NCBI RefSeq assembly: GCF_000341395.1
Contig: NC_020304.1
Location: 1,080,001 to 1,112,000 of the forward strand
Origin: Desulfocapsa sulfexigens DSM 10523
GTDB taxonomy: Bacteria; Desulfobacterota; Desulfobulbia; Desulfobulbales; Desulfocapsaceae
Direction: 5' to 3'
Length of the DNA stretch: 32,000 nucleotides
The translations under genes and the position numbers were made by a program. The notes beneath the pieces are model-generated. The model searched no databases and had not been told where the DNA came from. It worked only from the letters and a program-made list of their open reading frames with translations. Below, in pieces: positions 1 through 9,466 of this stretch (position 1 is its first letter; each line of letters starts with the position of its first letter).

Positions 1-1
1 A

Positions 2-1264
2 AAGATTGCCGTTGTTCTCCTGGCAAACCAGAAATTCGGATTACTCTTTGATGACATCAAAGAAGTACTGCGGGTTGATGATTCCCTCCTTCTCCCGATC
101 CAACCTGCCTTACAATCCGAAGACTATATCATTTCCGATCTGATCACCCTGCGCGACCAGCATCGCACGCTTGAGGTTCTTGATTTAAAACGTCTTTTCC
201 AGGACCCAACCCTCTTGACCGATGGCATCGATAGCTCGTCAGCCATACCTCAATCCACCAAAACACGAACGTATTCCAGATATGTCATATTCTCCTCAGA
301 GGGAAGAGAATATGGTGTTCCGGTGGAAAACTCACGAGAACTCACCTTTATTACTGAAATTGACGATATGTTTAAGACCGACTGCCTCGAGGGTGCCCTG
401 CAGTTACGTGGCCGAACAATACCGGTTATGAACGCCAGTGCGCTCTTAAACGGTGGAACTGCAGTAAAAGCCGGGGAATTAAGTCGTATTCTGGTAATGA
501 CAACAGATGCGCTGAATTTTGGCATGATCATAGATCAAATTGTTGAAATTCTTACTGTCTGCAATGAAGAAATTCTTCAAATGCCATCTGGAGAAAATCA
601 ATCTGTAAGCGGTATATATGAGCCAACAACCGGTCGCAATATCATTCTTCTTGATGTGGCTAATCTCGTCACCAGCCAGATGGAACTTCTTAAATCCATG
701 GCCAGAATAAAGAGCGGTGACAACGACAACGATGTCGAAACACTCACAGTCGCAGAATCAAGACACCTCATTACTGAAAACTGCTACCTGATTTTTTCCA
801 TCGAAAAACACTTTGCTATAGAGTTGAAGGATGTCCAGGAAATCATCGAGCATGACATACTGATGCCAATTCCAGGAGCACGCGGATTCGACTCCAGAGT
901 ACTCAACCTCCGGGGACAGGTAATTCCGGTGGTTGATCTACGCCACTTCTACGACTATCCCGAACAAGAGGCTGCAGAGACATCCTCAAGGCTCATTATC
1001 TGTCGAGACGGCAAGCGTCTTGTTGCCCTACAGGTAGACAGCATTGTAACCATTTACAAACAGGAAGAATTCCACCCAACACCATCCCTGAAACCACAAC
1101 TGCAGCCTAAAAAAGACACCCTGGACCGGCTCATAGAATTCATCGGGGATCTCGGGGTTACAGAACATGTTCTGGTCATTAACACCCACAATCTAATCAA
1201 TAACTATCTGCACCAAAATATTACCACAGAAAACCCAATATCTAATCACCAGGAAACCAATTAA
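2..1264 (+). CDS. Multi-domain CheW-like chemotaxis coupling protein (5' end outside window; at least three CheW-like domains)
   Basis: Frame 2 is open from the window edge ([27 protein letters not shown]...) into the listed 215..1264 ORF, whose listed start is only an in-frame TTG. There are two complete CheW-type modules ([22 protein letters not shown]...[17 protein letters not shown] and [22 protein letters not shown]...[17 protein letters not shown]), plus the tail of a third at the left edge. Confidence 0.85.
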   Translation, partial: KIAVVLLANQKFGLLFDDIKEVLRVDDSLLLPIQPALQSEDYIISDLITLRDQHRTLEVLDLKRLFQDPTLLTDGIDSSSAIPQSTKTRTYSRYVIFSSEGREYGVPVENSRELTFITEIDDMFKTDCLEGALQLRGRTIPVMNASALLNGGTAVKAGELSRILVMTTDALNFGMIIDQIVEILTVCNEEILQMPSGENQSVSGIYEPTTGRNIILLDVANLVTSQMELLKSMARIKSGDNDNDVETLTVAESRHLITENCYLIFSIEKHFAIELKDVQEIIEHDILMPIPGARGFDSRVLNLRGQVIPVVDLRHFYDYPEQEAAETSSRLIICRDGKRLVALQVDSIVTIYKQEEFHPTPSLKPQLQPKKDTLDRLIEFIGDLGVTEHVLVINTHNLINNYLHQNITTENPISNHQETN

Positions 1265-1302
1265 ATGCTTTTTCCGTTACCAGAAACTCTACAAGGAGGA
1301 GA

Positions 1303-4300
1303 ATGATGGCCACTTCAACAGCAAATCAAACAAATACAGAAAGGGCAGGTTTTGAACTGTTAACGGATCCAAGCTATCTGGTCAATAATGACATGACCAT
1401 CACCTGGGCCAACGATGCTTTCTTAAAAGAATTTCACCTCAAGAAAACTGAAGTTATCAACAAACTGACCTGTGAAGAGGCATGCCCCTCACATCTTTGT
1501 GGGACAAAAGACTGTCCCATCGTTAAATCAAAACGCATAAAAAAAGCAGCAGAAGGAGACGTATTCTACACAAATAATGGAAGCGCTGCCAACTGGTACC
1601 ACTCCAAAGCAACCCCCATGCCAGCACAGGAGGGCACTCTGGTCTCCATGACAGATATTACCAGGGTCAAGGAGATGGAAGCAAAACTCAGGCAGATGGA
1701 AACAGACCTCAATGTCATCCCAACACCCATCATGGAGATTGATGATAAATTCACCATCACCTTTATGAATCCGGCAGGTGCGGCTGTGGCCGGAAAGATG
1801 CCGGATGAAGTGATTGGAAGCAAATGCTACGATCTCTTCAAGACACCGCATTGTAAAACTGAAAAATGCGCCTGTGCCCGCGCTATGAAAACGGACTCGG
1901 TGGTCACCGACACAACCATCGCCCGCCCCGCTGACGGAATTATTGTGCCTATAAAATACACCGGAGCACCGATAAAAGACGCCAAGGGCAATATCAAAGG
2001 GGCCCTGGAATATATTTTAGATATTACTGAAGAAGCACAGCAAAAACAGGCAGCTGATGAAAAAATAAACAATCTCAATACCATCCCAACCCCCATAATG
2101 TCTATTGATACAGACTTCAATATCACCTTTATGAACCCGGCTGGTGCTGCCGTTGCAGGGATGACACCCGATGAAGTGGTTGGGAAAAAATGTTTCGATC
2201 TTTTCAAAACACCCCATTGTAAAACTAAAAAATGTGCCTGTGCCCGCGCCATGCAAACGGATTCTGTGGTTACTGATGTCACAATTGCACGGCCGGCTGA
2301 AGGGGTGATCGTTCCGATCAAATACACCGGGTCTCCCATTAAAGACGCCAAGGGCAATATCAAAGGGGCCCTGGAATATATTTTAGATATTACTGAAGAA
2401 GCACAGCAAAAACAGGCGGCTGATGAGAAAATAAACAATCTCAACACCATTCCTACACCCATCATGTCCATTGATACAGATTTCAATATCACTTTTATGA
2501 ACCCGGCTGGTGCTGCGGTGGCCGGTTTAACTCCAGACGAGGTGGTGGGCAAAAAATGTTTTGACCTCCTCAAAACACCCCATTGTAAAACTGAAAAATG
2601 TGCCTGCGCCCGCGCCATGAAAACCGATTCGGTTATCACAGAGCACACCATTGCACGGCCTGCTGAGGGTGTGATTGTTCCCATTAAATACACCGGGTCT
2701 CCTATTAAGGATGCTAAAGGCAACATTAAGGGCGCTCTGGAATATATCCTTGATGTCACAGAAGAAGCGGCCCAAAAACAGGCGGCGGAGGAAAAAATAA
2801 ACAATCTCAACACCATTCCTACGCCCATCATGTCCATTGATACAGATTTCAATATCACTTTTATGAACCCGGCTGGAGCAGCTGTTGTTGGCTTGACTCC
2901 AGATGAAGTGGTGGGCAAAAAATGTTTTGACCTTTTCAAAACACCTCACTGTCAAACTGAAAAATGTGCCTGCGCAAACGCCATGAAAACCGATTCAGTT
3001 ATTACAGAGCACACCATCGCACGACCGTCTGAAGGTGTTATTATTCCAATCAAATATACCGGTTCCCCTATTAAAGACGCTAAGGGCAATATCAAGGGAG
3101 CCCTGGAATACATTCTTGATGTTACCGAAGAGGCCAAGCAAAAGCAGGATGCCGATGAAAAAATTGAAAACCTCAATGCCATTCCCACTCCTATAATGTC
3201 CGTTGACACGGATTTCAACATCACCTTTATGAACCCCGCTGGTGCCGGAGTCGTCGGGTCAACCCCTGATCAGGTTATCGGTAAAAAATGCTACGACCTC
3301 TTCAAAACATCCCACTGCCAGACAGAAAAATGTGCGGTTGGCCGTTCCATGCGTGAAGACAGAATTATCCACGAAGAGACCATCGCCCGTCCTCAGGATG
3401 GTATTATAATTCCAATCAAGTATACCGGCGCACCTATTAAAGACGCCAAGGGAAACATTAAGGGAGCCCTTGAATTTGTCCTCGACATTACCGATGAGGC
3501 CAAACAACGCCAGGATGCCAATGAAAAAATAGAAAATCTCAACGTGATCCCCAATCCTATTTATGCCATGGATCTCGACTTCAACATCACCTATATCAAC
3601 CCTGCCGGAGCTGCAATGGCAGGATTAAGTGTGGAAGATGCCCTTGGCAAGAAGTGTCATGAACTCTTCTGCTCAGAAGGTTGTAACACGGAACAGTGTG
3701 GAGTCAGACAGGCTATCAGCGGGAATAAAACAATCTCAAATCAATATATTTCCCGAATCAACGGTATAGACGTTCCTGTCAAAGTAACCAGTGTATCCAT
3801 CAAAGATGCCAAAGGAAACGTCAAAGGCGGACTTGAGTATATGGTCGATGTGACCGCAGAGGCAAAGGTGGAACAGTTGATTAACAGCGCCTCCTCGGAA
3901 GTGGAAACACTGGTTTCCGACTCTCTTTCCAAAATGGCTGAAGCAACCGCAAATATGGCAGCCATGAATGAACTCATTGACAAGGAAGTTGCTTTACTGG
4001 ATGAATCCTCCACAACAATAGATGACATGCTTGAATCCGCTAAAGAGATGGTGGAACTGACAACTCAATCCAGTGAACTCGCACACGGAGTTTCCTTGGA
4101 TGCCGAACAGGGGAAAAAGGCCGGAGCAGATGCAGAAAAGAAAATGCTGGCCATCAACGCATCCATGGAAAGTTCCAACGACATGGTAGGTAACCTTGTC
4201 AATCAACTGGAAAAAATTGGTGGATTCGTAGATATCATCAAGGATATTGCTTCCCAGACAAACCTTCTCGCCTTTAATGCTGCAATTGAAGCAGCTCGTG

Positions 4301-4746
4301 CCGGAGATGCGGGACGAGGCTTTGCTGTGGTTGCAGATGAAATCCGAAAACTTGCAGAAAACTCTTCGAAATCAGCGGTGGATATTGCCAATATCGTGAA
4401 AAAGGTGGAACACGAATCCAAAGACACCATCGTTGCCATGAAAGACGGCATGAAAATGCTTGGAGATGGCAGTGAAGTTATTCAGACAGCTCTTGAAGCC
4501 ATGGACAAAATTTCCACCGGTATTGTTACCATATCTACTGCTGTTGAAGAACTGGACAAGAAGGCCGATATCCTCAGTGACAACGGCCAGGATGTTAAAG
4601 TTCAGATCACCAGTGTGACCAGATCCTCACAGGAAAACAAAGAATCCACGGAGGCTGTGAACTTCTCCATTGACGGTACCATTGAAGCACTGAACAAACT
4701 GGCAACGTCCAGCAAAGAGCTCAGCATCGCTGTAAGTGAAATGTAA
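1303..4746 (+). CDS. Soluble methyl-accepting chemotaxis protein with seven N-terminal Cys-rich PAS-like modules
   Basis: The RBS AAGGAGGAG lies just upstream of ATG 1303. The C-terminal ~270 aa contain the canonical MCP signalling hairpin ([49 protein letters not shown]). The N-terminal ~870 aa are seven ~122-aa modules ([24 protein letters not shown]...[30 protein letters not shown]). I see no hydrophobic TM or HAMP segment. Confidence 0.9.
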   Translation: MMATSTANQTNTERAGFELLTDPSYLVNNDMTITWANDAFLKEFHLKKTEVINKLTCEEACPSHLCGTKDCPIVKSKRIKKAAEGDVFYTNNGSAANWYHSKATPMPAQEGTLVSMTDITRVKEMEAKLRQMETDLNVIPTPIMEIDDKFTITFMNPAGAAVAGKMPDEVIGSKCYDLFKTPHCKTEKCACARAMKTDSVVTDTTIARPADGIIVPIKYTGAPIKDAKGNIKGALEYILDITEEAQQKQAADEKINNLNTIPTPIMSIDTDFNITFMNPAGAAVAGMTPDEVVGKKCFDLFKTPHCKTKKCACARAMQTDSVVTDVTIARPAEGVIVPIKYTGSPIKDAKGNIKGALEYILDITEEAQQKQAADEKINNLNTIPTPIMSIDTDFNITFMNPAGAAVAGLTPDEVVGKKCFDLLKTPHCKTEKCACARAMKTDSVITEHTIARPAEGVIVPIKYTGSPIKDAKGNIKGALEYILDVTEEAAQKQAAEEKINNLNTIPTPIMSIDTDFNITFMNPAGAAVVGLTPDEVVGKKCFDLFKTPHCQTEKCACANAMKTDSVITEHTIARPSEGVIIPIKYTGSPIKDAKGNIKGALEYILDVTEEAKQKQDADEKIENLNAIPTPIMSVDTDFNITFMNPAGAGVVGSTPDQVIGKKCYDLFKTSHCQTEKCAVGRSMREDRIIHEETIARPQDGIIIPIKYTGAPIKDAKGNIKGALEFVLDITDEAKQRQDANEKIENLNVIPNPIYAMDLDFNITYINPAGAAMAGLSVEDALGKKCHELFCSEGCNTEQCGVRQAISGNKTISNQYISRINGIDVPVKVTSVSIKDAKGNVKGGLEYMVDVTAEAKVEQLINSASSEVETLVSDSLSKMAEATANMAAMNELIDKEVALLDESSTTIDDMLESAKEMVELTTQSSELAHGVSLDAEQGKKAGADAEKKMLAINASMESSNDMVGNLVNQLEKIGGFVDIIKDIASQTNLLAFNAAIEAARAGDAGRGFAVVADEIRKLAENSSKSAVDIANIVKKVEHESKDTIVAMKDGMKMLGDGSEVIQTALEAMDKISTGIVTISTAVEELDKKADILSDNGQDVKVQITSVTRSSQENKESTEAVNFSIDGTIEALNKLATSSKELSIAVSEM
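1717..3912 (+). repeat. Six head-to-tail 366-bp (122-codon) tandem repeats inside the MCP gene
   Basis: Unit starts, read directly at the IPTPIM/IPNPIY codons, are 1717, 2083, 2449, 2815, 3181 and 3547, spaced exactly 366 nt. A 77-nt tract is identical between units (1975-2051 = 2341-2417). An 83-nt tract has a single mismatch (2428-2510 vs 2794-2876). Confidence 0.95.
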
Positions 4747-4795
4747 AGGCAATGAACGAACGATACTATTTTCTTTACCTACGGTAAGACTGAGT

Positions 4796-5365
4796 ATGAA
4801 TTTATACGGTGATAAATTATTTACCAGAAGACTCTCTCTTGCAAAAATTCAGGAAGAAAACCTTCCTATTGTTGTAGAGTGGAGTCTTTCTGCAACAGCA
4901 TGCGGTCCCTATCTGACACCGGAAAAGTTCAATCTTGAATGGATGCAGGCCCAGATCCAATCCGGTGTCCTCTGGAGCGACAGGGAGAAAATGTTCTTTG
5001 TGGAGACAAAAGAAACTGGCCGTCCAATCGGGACAGCTCACTACTGGAAGCCCCATGGTGGTGGAAACACCATCACCATGGCTGTGAAGGTTGCCCTGCC
5101 GGAGGAGCGGGGAAAGGGTTATGGTACGGAAATTCAGAAATTTCTCATCATGCACATCTTTGACCGGATGAATACTATCAAAGCCGTCGAAATGTATACC
5201 GATATCAACAATACTGCCCAGCAGCGTTGTCTCAGCAAACTGGGTTTTGAACTCATGGAATCACTTCTATATGACGACCAGCAGGAAAAAAGGACAGGGC
5301 ACCTTTACCGACTGACGGCAGATAAGTATCACAGCCATCCCATCTATCAATTCCATTATGAATAA
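4796..5365 (+). CDS. GNAT-family N-acetyltransferase (RimJ/RimL-like)
   Basis: Acetyl-CoA-binding signature EERGKGYGTEIQKFLIMHIF, and overall RimJ-like length from MNLYGDKLFTRRLSL. ATG 4796 is preferred over the in-frame GTG 4736, which overlaps the MCP stop. The stop overlaps the next gene's start (ATGAATAA at 5358-5365). Confidence 0.8.
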   Translation: MNLYGDKLFTRRLSLAKIQEENLPIVVEWSLSATACGPYLTPEKFNLEWMQAQIQSGVLWSDREKMFFVETKETGRPIGTAHYWKPHGGGNTITMAVKVALPEERGKGYGTEIQKFLIMHIFDRMNTIKAVEMYTDINNTAQQRCLSKLGFELMESLLYDDQQEKRTGHLYRLTADKYHSHPIYQFHYE

Positions 5366-6386
5366 GCTCGGACTCGTTTTTGATAACAGATACCTGCATC
5401 ATTCAATCTCAAATCCGACTCCGGAAAATCCTGATCGGCTGCGCAGTCTCTACCTAAAGCTGCAACAGAAGCTTACAGATGACTGTTTCAGCCATATTCG
5501 GCCGAGGGAGGCAACGGATGCTGAAATCACCGTTGCTCATTCACCCTTTTATATGGAACAGTTGCGTGAACATGCCATAAAAGCCGACCCCTATTCATAC
5601 GACAAAGACACCTACCTCATGGAAGAATCTCTTCCCACCGCCCGCCTGGCAGCAGGTGGTTGTTTTGCGCTCGCTAATCGCATTATGGAAGGTGACATTG
5701 ACTACGGCTTTGGTCTTATTCGCCCTCCAGGGCATCATGCAACTCCTGGCAGAGGTATGGGCTTCTGCATTTTCAACAACGTGGCTCTTACCGCAGAATA
5801 TCTTCGCAATACCTATGGTCTGCGCCGTATCCTGATCCTCGATTTTGACGTTCACCATGCCAACGGTACCCAGGAAATCTTCTACGAAACAGACGAGGTT
5901 ATGGTGTGTTCTATTCACCAAAAGGGCATTTTCCCCTTCACCGGAGAACGGGAAGAAGTGGGAAGCAGACTGGGCGAAGGCTTTACCATTAACATGCCGG
6001 TACACGCTCAGTTTGGTGACAGTGAGTACACCTATATCCTGGGACGAACCCTTCAGGGCCTGGTGGAACAGTACCTGCCACAATTTATTCTCGTTTCAGC
6101 AGGATTTGATAGCCACAAAGATGACAACATCAGCGGTACAAACCTGAGCACTCAGTGGTTTGCCACAATCACTCATATTTTACGGCGGCATGCAGCAGAC
6201 AGCTGTGACAATCGCCTCCTCTTTATTCTGGAAGGAGGATACAATCCGGTAAGTCTTGAAGAGTCAATTTTTGCTACAATCGATGCCCTGCTGCAGAACA
6301 ATTTTGACAGACCTGGTTTTTTACCCGTACCACGAGCCGATAAACTCCTCGACGGCCACCCCATGCGGCAATTCTGGACAATCTGA
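5358..6386 (+). CDS. Histone-deacetylase-family (AcuC / acetylpolyamine amidohydrolase-like) Zn-dependent deacetylase
   Basis: HDAC signatures IRPPGHHATPGRGMGFCIFNNVAL, LDFDVHHANGTQEIF and FILEGGYN (catalytic Tyr). Confidence 0.9.
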   Translation: MNKLGLVFDNRYLHHSISNPTPENPDRLRSLYLKLQQKLTDDCFSHIRPREATDAEITVAHSPFYMEQLREHAIKADPYSYDKDTYLMEESLPTARLAAGGCFALANRIMEGDIDYGFGLIRPPGHHATPGRGMGFCIFNNVALTAEYLRNTYGLRRILILDFDVHHANGTQEIFYETDEVMVCSIHQKGIFPFTGEREEVGSRLGEGFTINMPVHAQFGDSEYTYILGRTLQGLVEQYLPQFILVSAGFDSHKDDNISGTNLSTQWFATITHILRRHAADSCDNRLLFILEGGYNPVSLEESIFATIDALLQNNFDRPGFLPVPRADKLLDGHPMRQFWTI

Positions 6387-6399
6387 CAGGAGACATATC

Positions 6400-6843
6400 A
6401 TGACACTCAATCCCCCCGACCACGACCACCTGAAGACCCTTCTCCAGGAATGTCGACAATGCGGCACCTGTTGCAGAAAGTACAAAAAAGTACTTCTTCA
6501 GGGTGATGAACCAGAGTTTATCAAAAAGATGGGCGGTCATGTTGGTGTTGATGCCACCCTGCGTGAACTTCGGGAAAAACCTCTTGAACAGCTTATTGAA
6601 GAAAACAAACAGAAGGGAAAGGTCTACATGATCCACCCGGATGACAAGGGCTGTATCTTCCTTGAACGTCGCAATGGTCTTTACCGCTGTAAAATTTATA
6701 ATTACCGGCCTTTATCCTGCAAAGGATTTCGCTGCAATCTGGCCGATAACAGTTTTCTCTCACTCTTTGCAACTGATAGCATCCATCTACTCGGTCAGGA
6801 CCGTTTTGGCTTACCGCTGGACAAAAAAAATTCCCCCATCTAA
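6400..6843 (+). CDS. YkgJ-family (UPF0153, CxxCxxCC) Cys-cluster protein
   Basis: RBS AGGAGA (6388-6393) lies 6 nt before ATG 6400. N-terminal CRQCGTCC and C-terminal CIFLERRNGLYRCKIYNYRPLSCKGFRC match the YkgJ pattern. The longer 6256 start would overlap the deacetylase gene by about 130 nt. Confidence 0.75.
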   Translation: MTLNPPDHDHLKTLLQECRQCGTCCRKYKKVLLQGDEPEFIKKMGGHVGVDATLRELREKPLEQLIEENKQKGKVYMIHPDDKGCIFLERRNGLYRCKIYNYRPLSCKGFRCNLADNSFLSLFATDSIHLLGQDRFGLPLDKKNSPI

Positions 6844-7045
6844 GAAAGCACGAGAGACCCGCAGACTTCGAAAGAAGTTCTAATTTACAGGCGATCCGAT
6901 AAACTTTTGTTGATTTCTAGAGTACAAAAAAATCTATCCTTCCAGGCCATTCCTTTACAGTTAACTCTCCACCTCTAAACAGTAGTATTCAGTCATGGAA
7001 AGAGAGAGCAAGACGTGACAGTTCAATCCGTCACGCCCTTCACTC

Positions 7046-9430
7046 CTAGAAATCGACTGGTAGGGATGCCGCGGAGGCCTCATAGAAATAACGATTCAAA
7101 TCAAAGAGACCCGACTGTACCGGTTGCTCCCTGTTAAAACGCTCCTGGAACCAGTCATAATGCTCCCAGAAATTCGTATTGGCCCGGTTAATCCCGTATT
7201 TCCGAAAGCGCATGGACGCTTCCTCCTCACTCAGTTTACTGAGGTTCGCCAACAGATCAAAAAAGTCCGGTAAATCATCCTGTTGAATATCTATAAAATA
7301 ATTGGGGTAGGAACCGTAAAATCCCACAAGAAAATCCGCATTATCCTTTGTGGGATCCAGGGCTTTTTTTTCATTAAACATAAAGGTAACGTTATCATGC
7401 CAGCGATTAATGACTAGAGAAACCACAGCATCGGTGCCATCATTTTTGCGAATACGGACATAAACCACATTGGCATTAAAATCATCGACCAGTGAAAAAA
7501 ATTCGGTCCCGGGTTGAGAAACGGATCGAAAGGCCTGAAGATAATCGGCCATGGTTTCATATTGATCTGGCAGAGGAGGAAACTCCTTCCCTTTAGGGAG
7601 ATAGTTGACCCTGTCAAATTTGATACCGGTTTCCGGGAGGATATAATTATTGACAATCTCTTCTATAAATTCCCGTTTTGGATCATCGGTCTTGAATTGT
7701 ATTTTTGATGGTATACCTGCATCATAGTAGGTAACATTTTTGGGATCAACTCCCTTGTACCAGGATTCCATCATGGATCTACGCTGTTCCTCCGGCATGA
7801 ATCCGAGGAAATAACTCTCCCCTTCTTCCCGCAGGCCATCCATATATAAGCGAACAGCCAATTGGTGGCCCAACGTTCCATAGACATCAAACCCTGCAAC
7901 CAGGGCATAGTAGATCCGCTCTAACTGTGGATAATCCATAACCCACATTGTTCGAGGCAGATCACCAAGAACGCCTTTATGCACCGAGGCACTATCAAAG
8001 TGACGATACACCGTCAGGATGGGACTATCACTGGCCTTATTACCTTTCCAGATTGCATCATAGCCCTGTCCGTCATAATTATGGGTCATATAATAGTTCT
8101 GGCGCGCTTCGTAATATGCCGAAAGGGCCTTATCATACTTATTTCCAACCAAGTCTATTACCGGAAAACGGCTTCCCTTCTCAATGGGCATGATCAGGTT
8201 ATTTTTCTGCAATTTCAGGAAGCCCGGATACTGAACGCTCAAATCATGATCCGGGTCTTGAAACATGACCCAGAAGTGGTCATGGATAACATTTAAAGCA
8301 ATCTGACCACGACAAACCGGGCCACGAATAAACGTCATAATGATGTAATGAGAATTATCGAGAAGAAACTGGTAACGGGAACGAGGTGGAATCTGTCCAA
8401 AACTGTCAAATGGATTAGCGCTGCCAGATTCACTATAGCCTACGAGATGTGGCTCCTCCAGCCAGTCCGGATCGATAAATAAATCTGTATAACGGGCAAG
8501 TGCGGCATCATCAAAATCAAAGACCATATGTGTTTTATGGACAATGGTCGAATGTATTTTTCGAAAACGATAATAGAAGGTTTCTGTTCCAGGATCATCA
8601 TAAGGACGAACCGTATCAATAAGCTCGACTGGACTGCCTGGAGGAGTCGTGGAGCGAAGCAGTTCGTAATACTCATTGGTATCGGAATCAAATTTTATGT
8701 GAGCAAGAAAGAGATGCTCATAGAGATAACGGGCTGTCATTGCATACTTGGGATCCGGATTATTAAAAAATGTTTCCCATTTTACAATTTCAGCAGCATC
8801 CACCACCTTCGGCGAAGTCAACTCCTGCTGTTCAGCATCCGTTGGCCCCCTGGCACCCTGAGCCAGCCACCCCGCAATCAGCTCAAACTCCTGCTGTTTC
8901 AAGGGAGGGAAGCCGAATGGCATACCACGATTAGGATGTTTAGAGAGATAGCCATCGAGCTCTATGGAAGTCTCGGAACAGGTTAAATCTTCCGCCTCAG
9001 AACGGTATTCGCCCGTGGACTCTGGATTTTTCATCTTGTGATTTAAAATCTGGAGCATAAGCGAATTGTTCAGCCCACCTGAAACACTGCTTTCGGTCAC
9101 CGTATGAAAGTCCTTCTGCCGCCATTCCTCTGTGGTTTTAGCATCGACAAACAGCCGGGTTGGATCCATGGTGGTCAACCGGGTTGCGTTGTAGACAGAC
9201 TTCTTGCTCCCTCCTCGTTCAACCCCTTCGTAGGAGTTCAGCTTAAGCTGACAGGGAGAATTATAACAGGAGTGACATACGGCACAGCGTTTATCGAGTA
9301 TCGGCTTAATCTCATGAAGATAACTGACGGAATGGGTAGGGAGTTGCACCGCAATTGGATCTGGAGCCTTCTTAGCACAACCTGCAACAATTAAAAGAAG
9401 AAGAACAAAACTCACAGACAGGTTTTTCAT
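7046..9430 (-). CDS. cti: Fatty acid cis/trans isomerase (Cti family), lipoprotein-type signal, c-type haem motif
   Basis: N-terminus MKNLSVSFVLLLLIVAGCAKK has a lipobox (VAGC). The CAVCH haem-c motif sits in KRCAVCHSCYNSPCQLKLNSYEG, which I recognise as the conserved N-terminal Cti signature. The ~790-aa size fits the family. Confidence 0.7.
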   Translation of the reverse strand: MKNLSVSFVLLLLIVAGCAKKAPDPIAVQLPTHSVSYLHEIKPILDKRCAVCHSCYNSPCQLKLNSYEGVERGGSKKSVYNATRLTTMDPTRLFVDAKTTEEWRQKDFHTVTESSVSGGLNNSLMLQILNHKMKNPESTGEYRSEAEDLTCSETSIELDGYLSKHPNRGMPFGFPPLKQQEFELIAGWLAQGARGPTDAEQQELTSPKVVDAAEIVKWETFFNNPDPKYAMTARYLYEHLFLAHIKFDSDTNEYYELLRSTTPPGSPVELIDTVRPYDDPGTETFYYRFRKIHSTIVHKTHMVFDFDDAALARYTDLFIDPDWLEEPHLVGYSESGSANPFDSFGQIPPRSRYQFLLDNSHYIIMTFIRGPVCRGQIALNVIHDHFWVMFQDPDHDLSVQYPGFLKLQKNNLIMPIEKGSRFPVIDLVGNKYDKALSAYYEARQNYYMTHNYDGQGYDAIWKGNKASDSPILTVYRHFDSASVHKGVLGDLPRTMWVMDYPQLERIYYALVAGFDVYGTLGHQLAVRLYMDGLREEGESYFLGFMPEEQRRSMMESWYKGVDPKNVTYYDAGIPSKIQFKTDDPKREFIEEIVNNYILPETGIKFDRVNYLPKGKEFPPLPDQYETMADYLQAFRSVSQPGTEFFSLVDDFNANVVYVRIRKNDGTDAVVSLVINRWHDNVTFMFNEKKALDPTKDNADFLVGFYGSYPNYFIDIQQDDLPDFFDLLANLSKLSEEEASMRFRKYGINRANTNFWEHYDWFQERFNREQPVQSGLFDLNRYFYEASAASLPVDF

Positions 9431-9466
9431 AACAAACTCAACGGACTAAAGTGTTAAACACTGCAC

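Noticed and set aside
1827-2939. 370-aa ORF on the - strand, with smaller antisense ORFs at 1528-1851, 2017-2256, 2527-2955 and 2952-3224
   Set aside because: It lies antisense to the MCP tandem repeats. The repeat unit happens to lack stops in one antisense frame, so the ORF simply propagates with the 366-bp period. The sense frame carries recognisable PAS/MCP motifs and a strong RBS, and the antisense product is low-complexity.
1717-3912. Possibility that the regular repeats are a CRISPR array or a satellite
   Set aside because: The period is 366 bp with no alternating unique spacers. The whole array is one continuous reading frame encoding protein domains, and no cas genes are present.
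6256-6399. Upstream extension of the YkgJ ORF, and likewise GTG 4736 for the GNAT gene
   Set aside because: The extensions overlap the preceding genes by about 130 nt and 11 nt respectively. Internal ATGs (6400, which has an RBS, and 4796) give family-typical N-termini.
7014-7035. Hairpin CGTGAC-N10-GTCACG just downstream of the cti stop, as an intrinsic terminator
   Set aside because: The stem is only 6-7 bp with a 10-nt loop. It is followed by a C/U-mixed tract rather than a U-run, which is too weak to call. The ACTTC-GAAA-GAAGT hairpin after the YkgJ gene (6863-6881) is similarly weak.
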